Assembly: GCA_964545075.1 (NCBI GenBank)
Contig: CAZJFS010000001.1
Span: 33,890-97,889 of the forward strand
Direction: 5' to 3'
Origin: an uncultured bacterium
Lineage (GTDB): Bacteria; Muiribacteriota; UBA9980
Length of the DNA stretch: 64,000 nt
The position numbers and the translations under genes are program-made. The notes beneath the pieces are model-generated. The model ran no database searches, was not told the DNA's origin, and saw nothing but the letters and a program-made list of their open reading frames with translations. This document shows positions 38,273-47,360 of this stretch, in pieces; positions within the stretch are counted from its first letter, which is position 1, and the number at the start of each line of letters is the position of its first letter.

Positions 38273-39121
38273 CTATATCCGTATATTGCTTTTTTTGTTG
38301 AATGGCTTTTTATCGATCCGGTCGCTGAAAGCCTCGACGAGTTTCTTTTCCCATATGAGACAGGCTTTATAATAACCAATTTTCCCAAGAACTTTAAAAT
38401 ATTGAGGCATTAGGCCGTTAAGCATGGCATGCCTTTGATAAGGCTTGGGCCCGTGAAAATGAATTATGGCGGCTTTACCAAGGCTTCCCCAGTACGGCTT
38501 CCAGTTATATTCGGGCGGAATGCGGTCATATTTGCCGGCATAGTAGGAACGATAGGCGGCCTGATCATAAGATGAATTCACGAATTCATCCATGTTTTTT
38601 CTGATATGCGCCATAAAACCTGCGAGGGTCTTTCCGAGATTTTCAATATTCATTATCATTACGCCCGTGTTCATGGCCGTATAATTAGACTTCGTAAATT
38701 CCGGACCGACCGTGAAATATTCAGGCTTTAATTTTTTAAAGTAATCGACGCAATTTTTCATGAACATCACATCGCAGTCCGTATAGAGTACGAACTTATC
38801 CTTCCAACCGCGTTCAGCCATTATGGCCGGAATCTCGACCCTTAAAAACGCTCCCGTGGCGGCCGAAAAAGCCCAGGGCGTATTATCGATGCCGCTGGCG
38901 GACTTTATTTCATCATAAAAAGCGGTTCTTTTATTGATTATGGTGACGGGCTTACCTTCAAGCCATTTCAATAGATGATTTCCATCGTCCTCGCCGTCGT
39001 ATAGAAATACAGGCTCGAGGCATGGATTGTGCTTCATAGCGGTATAAAACGCTACCTGCAGCATATTTGCGTAATAATCGAACGCCATGGAATCGCGTCC
39101 GAGCGCGAAAAACCATTTCAT
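38273..39121 (-). CDS. Putative nucleotide-sugar glycosyltransferase (DxD motif)
   Basis: FVLYTDCDVMFMKN (DxD). No firm family assignment. Overlaps the upstream gene by 4 nt (operon). Confidence 0.3.
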   Translation of the reverse strand: MKWFFALGRDSMAFDYYANMLQVAFYTAMKHNPCLEPVFLYDGEDDGNHLLKWLEGKPVTIINKRTAFYDEIKSASGIDNTPWAFSAATGAFLRVEIPAIMAERGWKDKFVLYTDCDVMFMKNCVDYFKKLKPEYFTVGPEFTKSNYTAMNTGVMIMNIENLGKTLAGFMAHIRKNMDEFVNSSYDQAAYRSYYAGKYDRIPPEYNWKPYWGSLGKAAIIHFHGPKPYQRHAMLNGLMPQYFKVLGKIGYYKACLIWEKKLVEAFSDRIDKKPFNKKSNIRI

Positions 39122-40047
39122 CTCAGCTTCTCCATAAAATCGTTCTTAAAAATATTTCTTATGCTGCGGTAATAGCTTATACTATTCATTTTGGACGCGG
39201 CATAGTGATGCGCGACGGTATTTTGATTCACGGGACATGTAACGTGATCGTCATCGAAAGCCGAGATCTGGTATCCGGTTCCAAGGCATTCAAATATATT
39301 CGAATACTTTGATATTATAAGCGCATGAAGCGTTTGTTCTATCCACCATTGGGCTATTTTGTTCTTTTCTATAAAAATCAGCTCAAGGTAATTTTCTATA
39401 AAATCCATTTCGTATATGTTTTTATCGGGAATAAAAACCAGCCCGGCGTTCACCCGGTCCGTAATTTCAAAAGGAAATTTTGAACTCAGATATTTTATGG
39501 GCAAGGCATAAGCGTTAATGCTGTCGCGCATGAAAAACCCTCTTCCGGTTTCGATACAGTTTATAATTTGCGAACAGTGGTTGAAAAATAAAATATCGGC
39601 GTCCATCATTAAATAGCCCGGAGTTGACGAAAGAAATAAAAAATCAAGAAGCTTGAGCGCAAAAATATGCCGGTTCCGGCCAAACCTGTATTCATTTGAA
39701 AATCTGTATCCTTTAAGAGCGCCGGCCATTTTTTCGTCGGCTTCTTTTTTGCTGATTATTTTACAGCCTGATAAATGCCGCTTGAGCGTTTCAACGCTTT
39801 TATCGTTTAAGGAACCATCGTCATGTATCACGAGCCGGCCGTCATATTTAGAGTGATAATAAAATGTTTTAAGACACCACAGGGCCGCCGCCACGTCCCT
39901 TTCACAAAGCAGCATATGGATCTCGTATTTATCAGCATCGTCAAACGAAACGGGAGGGGAATTCAATATCCGCTGGTTGTAGGAGCCGCACATGATATCG
40001 TTGCAGTCGGGTTCAAATTTATATTCGTTCATTGAATTCATTCGCAA
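39118..40047 (-). CDS. Putative nucleotide-sugar glycosyltransferase (DxD motif)
   Basis: LVIHDDGSL and MMDADILFF motifs. No firm family assignment. Confidence 0.3.
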   Translation of the reverse strand: MRMNSMNEYKFEPDCNDIMCGSYNQRILNSPPVSFDDADKYEIHMLLCERDVAAALWCLKTFYYHSKYDGRLVIHDDGSLNDKSVETLKRHLSGCKIISKKEADEKMAGALKGYRFSNEYRFGRNRHIFALKLLDFLFLSSTPGYLMMDADILFFNHCSQIINCIETGRGFFMRDSINAYALPIKYLSSKFPFEITDRVNAGLVFIPDKNIYEMDFIENYLELIFIEKNKIAQWWIEQTLHALIISKYSNIFECLGTGYQISAFDDDHVTCPVNQNTVAHHYAASKMNSISYYRSIRNIFKNDFMEKLR

Positions 40048-40239
40048 ATTATAAATAATTGAAAGGCCGTTGTCAATAAAATTATTCGGCGGCGGTCTTG
40101 TTTTCCATTGACAAATTATGTTCCACTGGTATAATATGATCTTGTTTCTTCAAATGTTTTTAATGTAAAATTTCGTCCGGTATTGTTTCAAATCAACTTT
40201 TATATAACGTTTTTCAAATTGAATTATAAAAAAAGAAAA

Positions 40240-41610
40240 ATGAACATTAAAAAGAAAAATTCTAAAATAACTATTATAGGCGGGGGGCTTGCGGGATGCG
40301 AGGCTGCATGGCAGGCCGCCAAACTCGGGGTCGAAGTCGATCTTTATGAAATGAGGCCGCTGGTAAAAAGCGGAGTTCATCGCAGCGATCATCTGGGAGA
40401 ACTTGTCTGCACCGATTATCTGGGGCCTAAAGATTTTCCTGAAACTCAGTTTGAGATCGCTCTCAGCCATATGTTATTGCGTGAAGAATTAAGGACCATG
40501 GATTCGCTGATCATGGACTGCGCGGATAAAGCTAAAATCAATACTAAAAAATATTTCGCGGTAAATAGAAACGATTTCGCGGTAAATATCACCAGACGTA
40601 TTTCATCTCATCCGCTTATAAAAGTTATTAACGAAGAAATCAAAAAAATCCCCGAAGGGCCGGTGATAATATCGACCGGCCCGCTAACGTCATGCGACAT
40701 GGCAAAGTCGATATCAGGATTCGCGGGCGCCGAAAATTTTTTTGGATTTGAATCGTCCGCCCCGCTGATACATTCCGGCTCCATCGGCAACGGCGCAATG
40801 GTCCCTGAAGTCTATACCGACGAAAACGGGGCGGATCATGAATGCCTGTACTGCCGGATGAAAAAAGACGAATTTGAAAAATTTCACAAAGCCCTCGTAG
40901 AGGCCGTTCAGGTAAAAGCTCATGTTATTGAAAAAGTTTACATGGACGATATAACGCTGCCAAAGCTTTCATGGATAGATCATCTGGGCGGAAAAGCGAT
41001 CGAGGCCCTCGATAAAACAAGCCTGCTCGAAAAAGTTTTATCGCCGCGAGATATGCCGTCCTTTAAAAGCGGCGCCGAAAAAGATTATGCCGTTTTAAAA
41101 TTGATAAAAATGTATGGCCAGGACGCCTATAAAATGCTCGGATTTCAAACCAAATTAAAATACGGCGAGCAGAAACGGGTCTTTTCGATGATTCCGGGGC
41201 TTGAAAACGCGAACTTTATTCGTTACGGCCACATGCACCTGAGCTGCTATATTAATTCCGGCCAGTGCCTGCCGACGCTTCAGCACAAAAGCAGAAACGA
41301 TCTTTTCTTTGCCGGAGAAATAGCCGGAACCGACACGTATCTCGCCGCGGCCGGAACCGGCTGGATCGCGGGACAAAATGCCACGAGACTTATAAAAAAT
41401 GAACCGCTTTTAATATTACCTCAAAACACTATGTTCGGAGCCTTGTGTTTTTATCTGGCCTATTGCCCTCCGGATAAATTTCAGCCAATCTGCCCTACGC
41501 TATTTTTATTAAGACCAGCGCCTTCAACCGATGACCTTTCTAATTCAGAAAAAATAAAATCTTTTTACCAAAAGTCTTTATCAGGCTTAAAAGAATACCT
41601 TGCCGGATAA
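40240..41610 (+). CDS. trmFO: Methylenetetrahydrofolate--tRNA-(uracil54-C5)-methyltransferase TrmFO (Gid)
   Basis: KITIIGGGLAGCEAAWQAAKLGVEVDLYEMRP...ELVC matches the TrmFO N-terminus. Start moved to the internal ATG at 40240 (MNIKKKN...) because the upstream extension is not conserved-looking. Confidence 0.8.
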   Translation: MNIKKKNSKITIIGGGLAGCEAAWQAAKLGVEVDLYEMRPLVKSGVHRSDHLGELVCTDYLGPKDFPETQFEIALSHMLLREELRTMDSLIMDCADKAKINTKKYFAVNRNDFAVNITRRISSHPLIKVINEEIKKIPEGPVIISTGPLTSCDMAKSISGFAGAENFFGFESSAPLIHSGSIGNGAMVPEVYTDENGADHECLYCRMKKDEFEKFHKALVEAVQVKAHVIEKVYMDDITLPKLSWIDHLGGKAIEALDKTSLLEKVLSPRDMPSFKSGAEKDYAVLKLIKMYGQDAYKMLGFQTKLKYGEQKRVFSMIPGLENANFIRYGHMHLSCYINSGQCLPTLQHKSRNDLFFAGEIAGTDTYLAAAGTGWIAGQNATRLIKNEPLLILPQNTMFGALCFYLAYCPPDKFQPICPTLFLLRPAPSTDDLSNSEKIKSFYQKSLSGLKEYLAG

Positions 41611-41649
41611 TCACAAAATCGATTTTTTAGCCAGGTAACTTTTAACCAC

Positions 41650-41676
41650 TTGACAAAGTTTAAATTATGATATAAT
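41650..41676 (+). promoter_or_regulatory. Candidate sigma70 promoter for the RiPP precursor (TTGACA-15nt-TATAAT)
   Basis: Consensus -35 TTGACA at 41650-41655 and consensus -10 TATAAT at 41671-41676 (15-nt spacer, on the short side). A 6-bp inverted repeat CCGTTA-n7-TAACGG follows at 41696-41714 in the 5'UTR. Strong SD AAGGAGG 7 nt before the ATG at 41738. Confidence 0.45.
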
Positions 41677-41737
41677 ATCTTTGTATGGAACGATGCCGTT
41701 AAACTAAATAACGGCGATATAGTTAAGGAGGATTTCG

Positions 41738-42046
41738 ATGGACGTAAAAAACCAATCAAAAAAGTATATGCAGGTAATCGCTAAATGTTGGTCAGACCCG
41801 GCTTTCAAAACTAGTTTTATAAAAGATCCGGCTAAAGTACTCAAAGAAAATGGCGTTGAAATGCCTGCCGGCATGAAACTGCATGCCGTTGAAAATACCG
41901 AAAAAGAATGTTACATAATAATTCCGCCGAAACCTTCAACCGAGCTCTCGGACGATCAGCTTGATAAGGTCGCCGGTGGCGGCACTTGGGGAACTATAGG
42001 TTCCGCCTGCATCGCAACCGCTGGAACGGCTTATTGCCACGGTTAA
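41738..42046 (+). CDS. RiPP precursor peptide, nitrile-hydratase-like leader peptide (NHLP / proteusin-type) with Cys/Ser/Thr/Gly-rich core
   Basis: Leader MDVKNQSKKYMQVIAKCWSDPAFKTSFIKDPAKVLKENGVEMPAGMKLHAVENTEKECYIIIPPKPSTELSDDQLDKVAGG follows the NHLP pattern (...AWxDPAF...L.V.ENT......P.....ELSDEELE.VAGG) with a double-Gly cleavage motif. Predicted core GTWGTIGSACIATAGTAYCHG (2 Cys, 1 Ser, 4 Thr). Perfect SD. Immediately upstream of the cyclodehydratase gene. Confidence 0.85.
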   Translation: MDVKNQSKKYMQVIAKCWSDPAFKTSFIKDPAKVLKENGVEMPAGMKLHAVENTEKECYIIIPPKPSTELSDDQLDKVAGGGTWGTIGSACIATAGTAYCHG

Positions 42047-42083
42047 TCCATAAGAATTAATACAGCAAAATAATCAAATGAAA

Positions 42084-42130
42084 AACGGCCATCGTTAAGA
42101 GGCATTAAGCCTGCTGATGGCTGTTTTTCA
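42084..42130 (+). terminator. Hairpin + T-run after the precursor gene (probable partial terminator / attenuator)
   Basis: AACGGCCATC...GATGGCTGTT ~10-bp stem (one G-T wobble) with a ~22-nt loop, followed by TTTTT. Sits in the 132-nt gap between the precursor and the first modification enzyme. Confidence 0.4.
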
Positions 42131-42178
42131 TAGCATATGGCTTTTGATTTATTTATTTTTTGTTAAGGCGTTCATAAC

Positions 42179-44461
42179 TTGAATAAAAAAATTATTTTTA
42201 AAAACCACTTTCATGTCGAAATCATCGATTCCGATAGTTGCGTCATACTGGTTTCCGAAAATTCGAACTTTGTCCTGAAAGGCCGGCTTTATTGCCTCAT
42301 CGCAAGAATGCTCGACGGTTCGAAAGACGCCGATGAAATAGTCGACGCGCTGGAAACCGAAGTTTCAGGGGCCGAGGTTTATTTCACGCTTGAAAAGCTC
42401 AAGCATAAAGGCTATATTACCGAAAAAAACGAAACCGTGTCTTCAACATTCGCCGCTTACTGGAGCCTTCTTGGCGTTTCCGAATTCAGCGCAAAAGAAG
42501 CGCTTGAAAACACGCTTATCAAATTAACGGCGATCGCTGATACAGATGTCGGGCCGCTTGAAGTCGCGATAAAAAACGCCGGCATGAGCGTCGAAGTATG
42601 CGGAACCGACAGCGCATTCGAAGGAAAGCACCGGGCAAGACAAATTATCGTGATCGCGGCTCCTGATTATCTTTATCCTGAACTTTTCGAAATAAACAGA
42701 AACTCCATCAAAAAAAACATTCCATGGATGCTCATCAAGCCTTCAGGCGCGATCATCTGGATCGGCCCTATTTTTATTCCGGGTAGGACCGGCTGCTTTG
42801 AATGCCTCGCTCAGCGCCTTAAAACCAATCGCGACATCGAAATGTTCATCCAATCGAAAAAAAATGATCTTTCGCCTATCGTCACATCGAGAGGAACCAT
42901 TCCGTCAAGCGTTCAAATGGCGTATCAGATGGCCGCCCAACAACTGGCGATCTGGGCGGTGCAAAACGAAGGAGCGAACCTGGCCGGACGCGTCATAAGC
43001 GTAAACACCACTACGCTTTTATCGCAGGAGCATATTTTAACGAAACGTCCGCAATGTCCTGCCTGCAATATAGGTTCACCCGCGGATGAAAAACCTAACC
43101 CGCCCGTCCTGAAAAGCATAATCAAAGATACCGATTCACTTTACGGCGGCTGCCGGACGATGAGCCCGGAGGAAACTTTCAATAAATTTTCAAACCACGT
43201 AAGCCCTATAACCGGAGTGGTAAATTCCCTGGTCAAGGCCGAAAGCGGCAGCGACGGAATCTTGAACGTTTACTTCGCCGGCCAGAATTCGGCGATGCGC
43301 AACAATAACATCATGGCGCTTCAAAAAAATCTGCGCAGCATGAGCGCGGGAAAAGGCATAACTGAAATAGCCGCCAAAACCGGTGCTTTATGCGAAGCAA
43401 TTGAAAGATATTCAGGTCTTTATAACGGCAACGAGCCTAAAATAAAAACAAGCTATTCTAAAATAAAAGATCAGGCCGTTCTACCCAACGACTGCATGAA
43501 TTACAGCGACGAACAATTTAAGAACAGGAACATAATAAACTCTCAAGGCCATCATTTCCAGACGGTTCCGGAACCGTTCGATGAAAACGCCGTCGTCGAA
43601 TGGACGCCATTTTGGTCGCTCGAAAAAAAAGAATGGCGTTACGTCATCTCCAGCTATTGTTACTACGGTTATCACGACCCCGAAGGGCATTTTTTTTCGT
43701 GGCCGAATTCGAACGGATGCGCGTCAGGCAATACACTCGAGGAAGCTATTCTACAGGGATTTTTCGAAATAAACGAACGCGACGCTGTAGCCCTGTGGTG
43801 GTATAATATGATAAAAAGGCCTGCCGTGGACCTCGAAAGTTTTAACATCGCCTATATCGAAAAATTATATTACGCGTATAAAAAGAAGAACAGGAAATTC
43901 TGGGTGCTCGACATTACCAGCGATACCGGAATTCCGACTTTTACGGCCGTCTCTTACAAGCCGGATTCGGACCGCGAAGAAATAGTTTTCGCCTTCGGGT
44001 CTCATTTCGACCCCAAAACGGCGCTTATAAGAGCGCTCACGGAAATGAATCAGTTCATGCCTTCCGTCCTCGAAGATTCTCCCGGCGAGTATTCATTCAA
44101 GGACCCGTTCGTAACGTCGTGGTGGAAGAACGCTAAACTCCGTAATGAATCATATCTGGCTCCGGATAAGACTCAGCCGGCCAGAAAGCTGTCGGATTTC
44201 AATGATATTTCGTCTAACGATATGCTCGCGGATATTAACCGGTGCGTGAATTTGATGGATGAGCGCGGCATGCGGACGCTTATACTGGACCAGACCCAGC
44301 CGGACGTCGGATTGAACGTGGTTAAAATCATAGTGCCTGGAATGCGCCATATGTGGCAGCGTCTCGGCCCCGGAAGGTTATACGACATACCAGTCGAAAT
44401 GGGATGGCTCAAAAAACCTAAAAAAGAAAATGAAATGAATAAAACCGCCATTTTCGTTTAG
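42179..44461 (+). CDS. Fused E1-like (ocin-ThiF/RRE) + YcaO azoline-forming cyclodehydratase (PatD/TruD-like), copy 1
   Basis: 760 aa. Two CxxC motifs (GRTGCFECLAQRL, RPQCPACNIG), as in the Zn-binding PatD/TruD class. YcaO motifs GKGITEIAAKTGALCEAIERYSG and FFEINERDAVALWWYN. TTG start as called; the true start is uncertain. Confidence 0.85.
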   Translation: MNKKIIFKNHFHVEIIDSDSCVILVSENSNFVLKGRLYCLIARMLDGSKDADEIVDALETEVSGAEVYFTLEKLKHKGYITEKNETVSSTFAAYWSLLGVSEFSAKEALENTLIKLTAIADTDVGPLEVAIKNAGMSVEVCGTDSAFEGKHRARQIIVIAAPDYLYPELFEINRNSIKKNIPWMLIKPSGAIIWIGPIFIPGRTGCFECLAQRLKTNRDIEMFIQSKKNDLSPIVTSRGTIPSSVQMAYQMAAQQLAIWAVQNEGANLAGRVISVNTTTLLSQEHILTKRPQCPACNIGSPADEKPNPPVLKSIIKDTDSLYGGCRTMSPEETFNKFSNHVSPITGVVNSLVKAESGSDGILNVYFAGQNSAMRNNNIMALQKNLRSMSAGKGITEIAAKTGALCEAIERYSGLYNGNEPKIKTSYSKIKDQAVLPNDCMNYSDEQFKNRNIINSQGHHFQTVPEPFDENAVVEWTPFWSLEKKEWRYVISSYCYYGYHDPEGHFFSWPNSNGCASGNTLEEAILQGFFEINERDAVALWWYNMIKRPAVDLESFNIAYIEKLYYAYKKKNRKFWVLDITSDTGIPTFTAVSYKPDSDREEIVFAFGSHFDPKTALIRALTEMNQFMPSVLEDSPGEYSFKDPFVTSWWKNAKLRNESYLAPDKTQPARKLSDFNDISSNDMLADINRCVNLMDERGMRTLILDQTQPDVGLNVVKIIVPGMRHMWQRLGPGRLYDIPVEMGWLKKPKKENEMNKTAIFV

Positions 44462-44482
44462 TTATATTAAAAAGGATTCAGA

Positions 44483-45916
44483 ATGAATAAAGACTCGGAT
44501 ATTTTAAAATTTCGCGACGCGATTAATATTTCGGTGGTCTCCGGCGACGAAATCATAGTGCAGGACGAGATGTTTTCGCTAAAAATCCAGAATTGCTCAA
44601 AAGCGATAAGCTGTTTTTTAGACGCGATAAAAAACAGCGGCGGAAGCGAAGACTGTCTTTCGGAAATCGTTCTGGCCAATGGCGACAACAATGATCTGAT
44701 GAACTTTTATTACTATCTTGAAAGGTTTTCAAAACTTTGCATGATATCCAGAACGTTATGCGATAAAGGATTGAAAATGGTTACGCTAGAACCTATATCG
44801 CTTGGTTTTAAATGGAACGCTGAGCGCAAACTCGACGAAAATCAAAAACATGTGATGTCGCGGTTCGTCTTCTCTCGAAGAGACGGCGCGAAACATATAT
44901 GCGAATCGCCTTTATCGCTGGCCCGTCTGGTGATCATCGATGAAAAGTGCGCCGATTTTCTTCATTTCCTCTCATCGCCAATAAGCCTTGACGGGCTATG
45001 CGCGAAACTCCCTTCGCTCACGAAGGAATTTATCGAATATTTTCTTGAAACGCTTTTCAATTCAGGGTTCGTCGTCCCGGTTGCCGATGACGGGACGAGC
45101 GTCGAGGATAAGAGCGAAGCGCTGTTGCAGTGGGACTTCCATGATCTTTTGTTTCACTCGCGGACGCGCATAGGCCGTCATAATTACCCGAACGGCGCGA
45201 CATATCCTTATCTAAAAAAGATAGAGCCTCTTCCGGCGTATAAAGAGCCCATGACCGAAAACGGCATTGATTTATACAAACCCGATATCGAAACGCTTAA
45301 ATCCGAAGATTTTCCATTCACGCTCGTTTTAGAGCAGCGTCAATCGGTCAGAACTTACTCCGACCGGCCAATAAAGATGGAACAGCTCGGCGAATTTTTA
45401 TACCGGTCCTTCCGCATCAAGGAAGTGATCGACGCTCCGCCCGGCGAAGCCGAATCATATCAGGTCGGCCGCAGGACCTACGCCGGCGGCGGCGCATGCT
45501 ATGAACTTGAAATTTATCCGGTAATCAATAAATGCGAAGGGCTTGCGCGCGGAATATATCATTATGATCCGTTGAACCACAGATTGCATCTTATAAATGA
45601 TGATATGTTTTTCGTAGAGACGCTCGTACGGAGGGCGTCGATGTCCGCGGCCAAACTTTGCGTTCCGGAAGTATTATTCGCGATAACAGCCAGATTCGCT
45701 AGAATTTCATGGAAATACAGCGGAATGGCGTACGCCGCGATCTTAAAAAACGTGGGGTCATTATATCAAAATATGTATCTGGTCGCGACCGCCATGGACC
45801 TCGCCCCCTGCGCGCTCGGCAACGGCGAATCCGACGTCATCTGCAAAGCGGCGGGACTTGATTATATTTCAGAATCCGCCGTCGGCGAATTTATATTAGG
45901 CAATAAAAGGATTTAA
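44483..45916 (+). CDS. SagB/ThcOx-type FMN-dependent azoline dehydrogenase with N-terminal extension
   Basis: C-terminal nitroreductase-like domain (RQSVRTYSD...YAGGGACYELEIYPV...CALGNG) typical of SagB/McbC. The ~200-aa N-terminal extension is reminiscent of the RRE-like domains of cyanobactin ThcOx. 477 aa. Confidence 0.75.
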   Translation: MNKDSDILKFRDAINISVVSGDEIIVQDEMFSLKIQNCSKAISCFLDAIKNSGGSEDCLSEIVLANGDNNDLMNFYYYLERFSKLCMISRTLCDKGLKMVTLEPISLGFKWNAERKLDENQKHVMSRFVFSRRDGAKHICESPLSLARLVIIDEKCADFLHFLSSPISLDGLCAKLPSLTKEFIEYFLETLFNSGFVVPVADDGTSVEDKSEALLQWDFHDLLFHSRTRIGRHNYPNGATYPYLKKIEPLPAYKEPMTENGIDLYKPDIETLKSEDFPFTLVLEQRQSVRTYSDRPIKMEQLGEFLYRSFRIKEVIDAPPGEAESYQVGRRTYAGGGACYELEIYPVINKCEGLARGIYHYDPLNHRLHLINDDMFFVETLVRRASMSAAKLCVPEVLFAITARFARISWKYSGMAYAAILKNVGSLYQNMYLVATAMDLAPCALGNGESDVICKAAGLDYISESAVGEFILGNKRI

Positions 45917-45918
45917 TT

Positions 45919-47271
45919 ATGCGTAGAGTTATATGCACGTTTCCGGTGATGAAATTCACCGACGAGAAACCGGTCCAGATAAAAAACAGCTTTATCTCTC
46001 GAAGCTCTTCTCCATATAATATTTACCTGCTCGCATCGATAATGGAAAACAACGGATACGAGGTCGATATCAAGGATTGGATAAGCCTGAACTGCGACGT
46101 CGAAGAGGCCGCGAAGGAACTTCTGGAATATGATCTCGTTATGATATCGTGCCTTTCATGGTCATGGCCTCCGGTTATATTTATCATCGATTATCTTCGC
46201 AAAAAAAGAAACGACCAGATAATCGTCGTCGGCGGAGTGCAGGCATCTTTATTCGGCGTTCAGATCCTCGAAGAATTCGAGGTCGATTACGCAGTTTGCG
46301 GCGAGGCTGAAAGATCCATAATTCCGCTGATAGAAACTATAGAAAAAAAGGGCGATCCGCGCCGCGTACCAGGGCTCGTATATAAGGAAAACGGCGCTAT
46401 TATAAAAAACGAGCTGGCGTCCCTGCTGAATCCGTCGGAAATCGGCGAACTTCCGCTTCCGCTATATGAACGCCTTCCTAAAGATTCATGCAACTGGCTT
46501 TCGATACAATCCTCGCGCGGGTGCAGGAACCGCTGCATTTATTGCTCGGTGCCGTATCATCGCAGCTGGCGCCCGCTCGAACCGGAAAAATTCGTCGAAA
46601 AGATCATCGAATATTCGCCATTTCTTAAACGCACGCTTTCAGGAAAATTCATGATCATCGACGATAACTTCACCATAAATCCCGAAAGGTCCATCGCGAT
46701 AGCCAAGCTCTCGAAACAAAAAGGCGTTAAATTTGACGCCATCTGGAACGCCGAAGTTCCGGACCTTTATAATAGCGAGCTGCTCAGCGAAATGGCGCCA
46801 TTCACCGACGGGATTCTTGTAGGCGCGGAATCCTTCGATGCTGAAACGATCATCAAGATCGGCAAGGGTTATAAACCCGAAGATATCGTCGCTGGCGCCT
46901 TGAACGCTCAAAAATGCGGCATATCAAACAAACTCATATGCTCTTTTATTATAGGTTTTCCGTGGCAAACTAAAGAAATGATCATCGAGGAAATTAACCA
47001 AATATACGACCTGGTAAATCTGGCCGATCTAAACGTTATAATCAATTGGCTCACCCTTTCGCCGGGATCTCGGCTGTGGGCTGAAAAATTCAAACAGCCG
47101 ATCAAATTACGTGAATTTTCAAAACAATTCAGACGGATGCAGGAAAATATAAACATTCTTACGAATCAGGATATCGAAGAAATAAAAATGTATATAAAGC
47201 TTCTGCAATCCAACATAGAAAACGGTTATTACAGGTTCCAGCACCATCCCAGCATTTTTTATATTGTCTGA
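45919..47271 (+). CDS. B12-binding radical SAM enzyme (class B rSAM, probable C-methyltransferase)
   Basis: N-terminal B12-binding Rossmann-like region (IIVVGGVQAS...DYAVCGEAE), then the radical SAM cluster motif SSRGCRNRCIYCSVPY (CxxxCxxC). Confidence 0.75.
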   Translation: MRRVICTFPVMKFTDEKPVQIKNSFISRSSSPYNIYLLASIMENNGYEVDIKDWISLNCDVEEAAKELLEYDLVMISCLSWSWPPVIFIIDYLRKKRNDQIIVVGGVQASLFGVQILEEFEVDYAVCGEAERSIIPLIETIEKKGDPRRVPGLVYKENGAIIKNELASLLNPSEIGELPLPLYERLPKDSCNWLSIQSSRGCRNRCIYCSVPYHRSWRPLEPEKFVEKIIEYSPFLKRTLSGKFMIIDDNFTINPERSIAIAKLSKQKGVKFDAIWNAEVPDLYNSELLSEMAPFTDGILVGAESFDAETIIKIGKGYKPEDIVAGALNAQKCGISNKLICSFIIGFPWQTKEMIIEEINQIYDLVNLADLNVIINWLTLSPGSRLWAEKFKQPIKLREFSKQFRRMQENINILTNQDIEEIKMYIKLLQSNIENGYYRFQHHPSIFYIV

Positions 47272-47360
47272 TGGCATTCACTGATTTATCCGTGATTTTT
47301 CCATTCATGGATATTTCTTAATTCCGCGGCGAAAAAATATAATAAACGAAGGCGTGAATA

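Noticed and set aside
40150-40470. 106-aa minus-strand ORF across the trmFO start region
   Set aside because: Overlaps the conserved FAD-binding N-terminus of TrmFO on the opposite strand; low-complexity translation.
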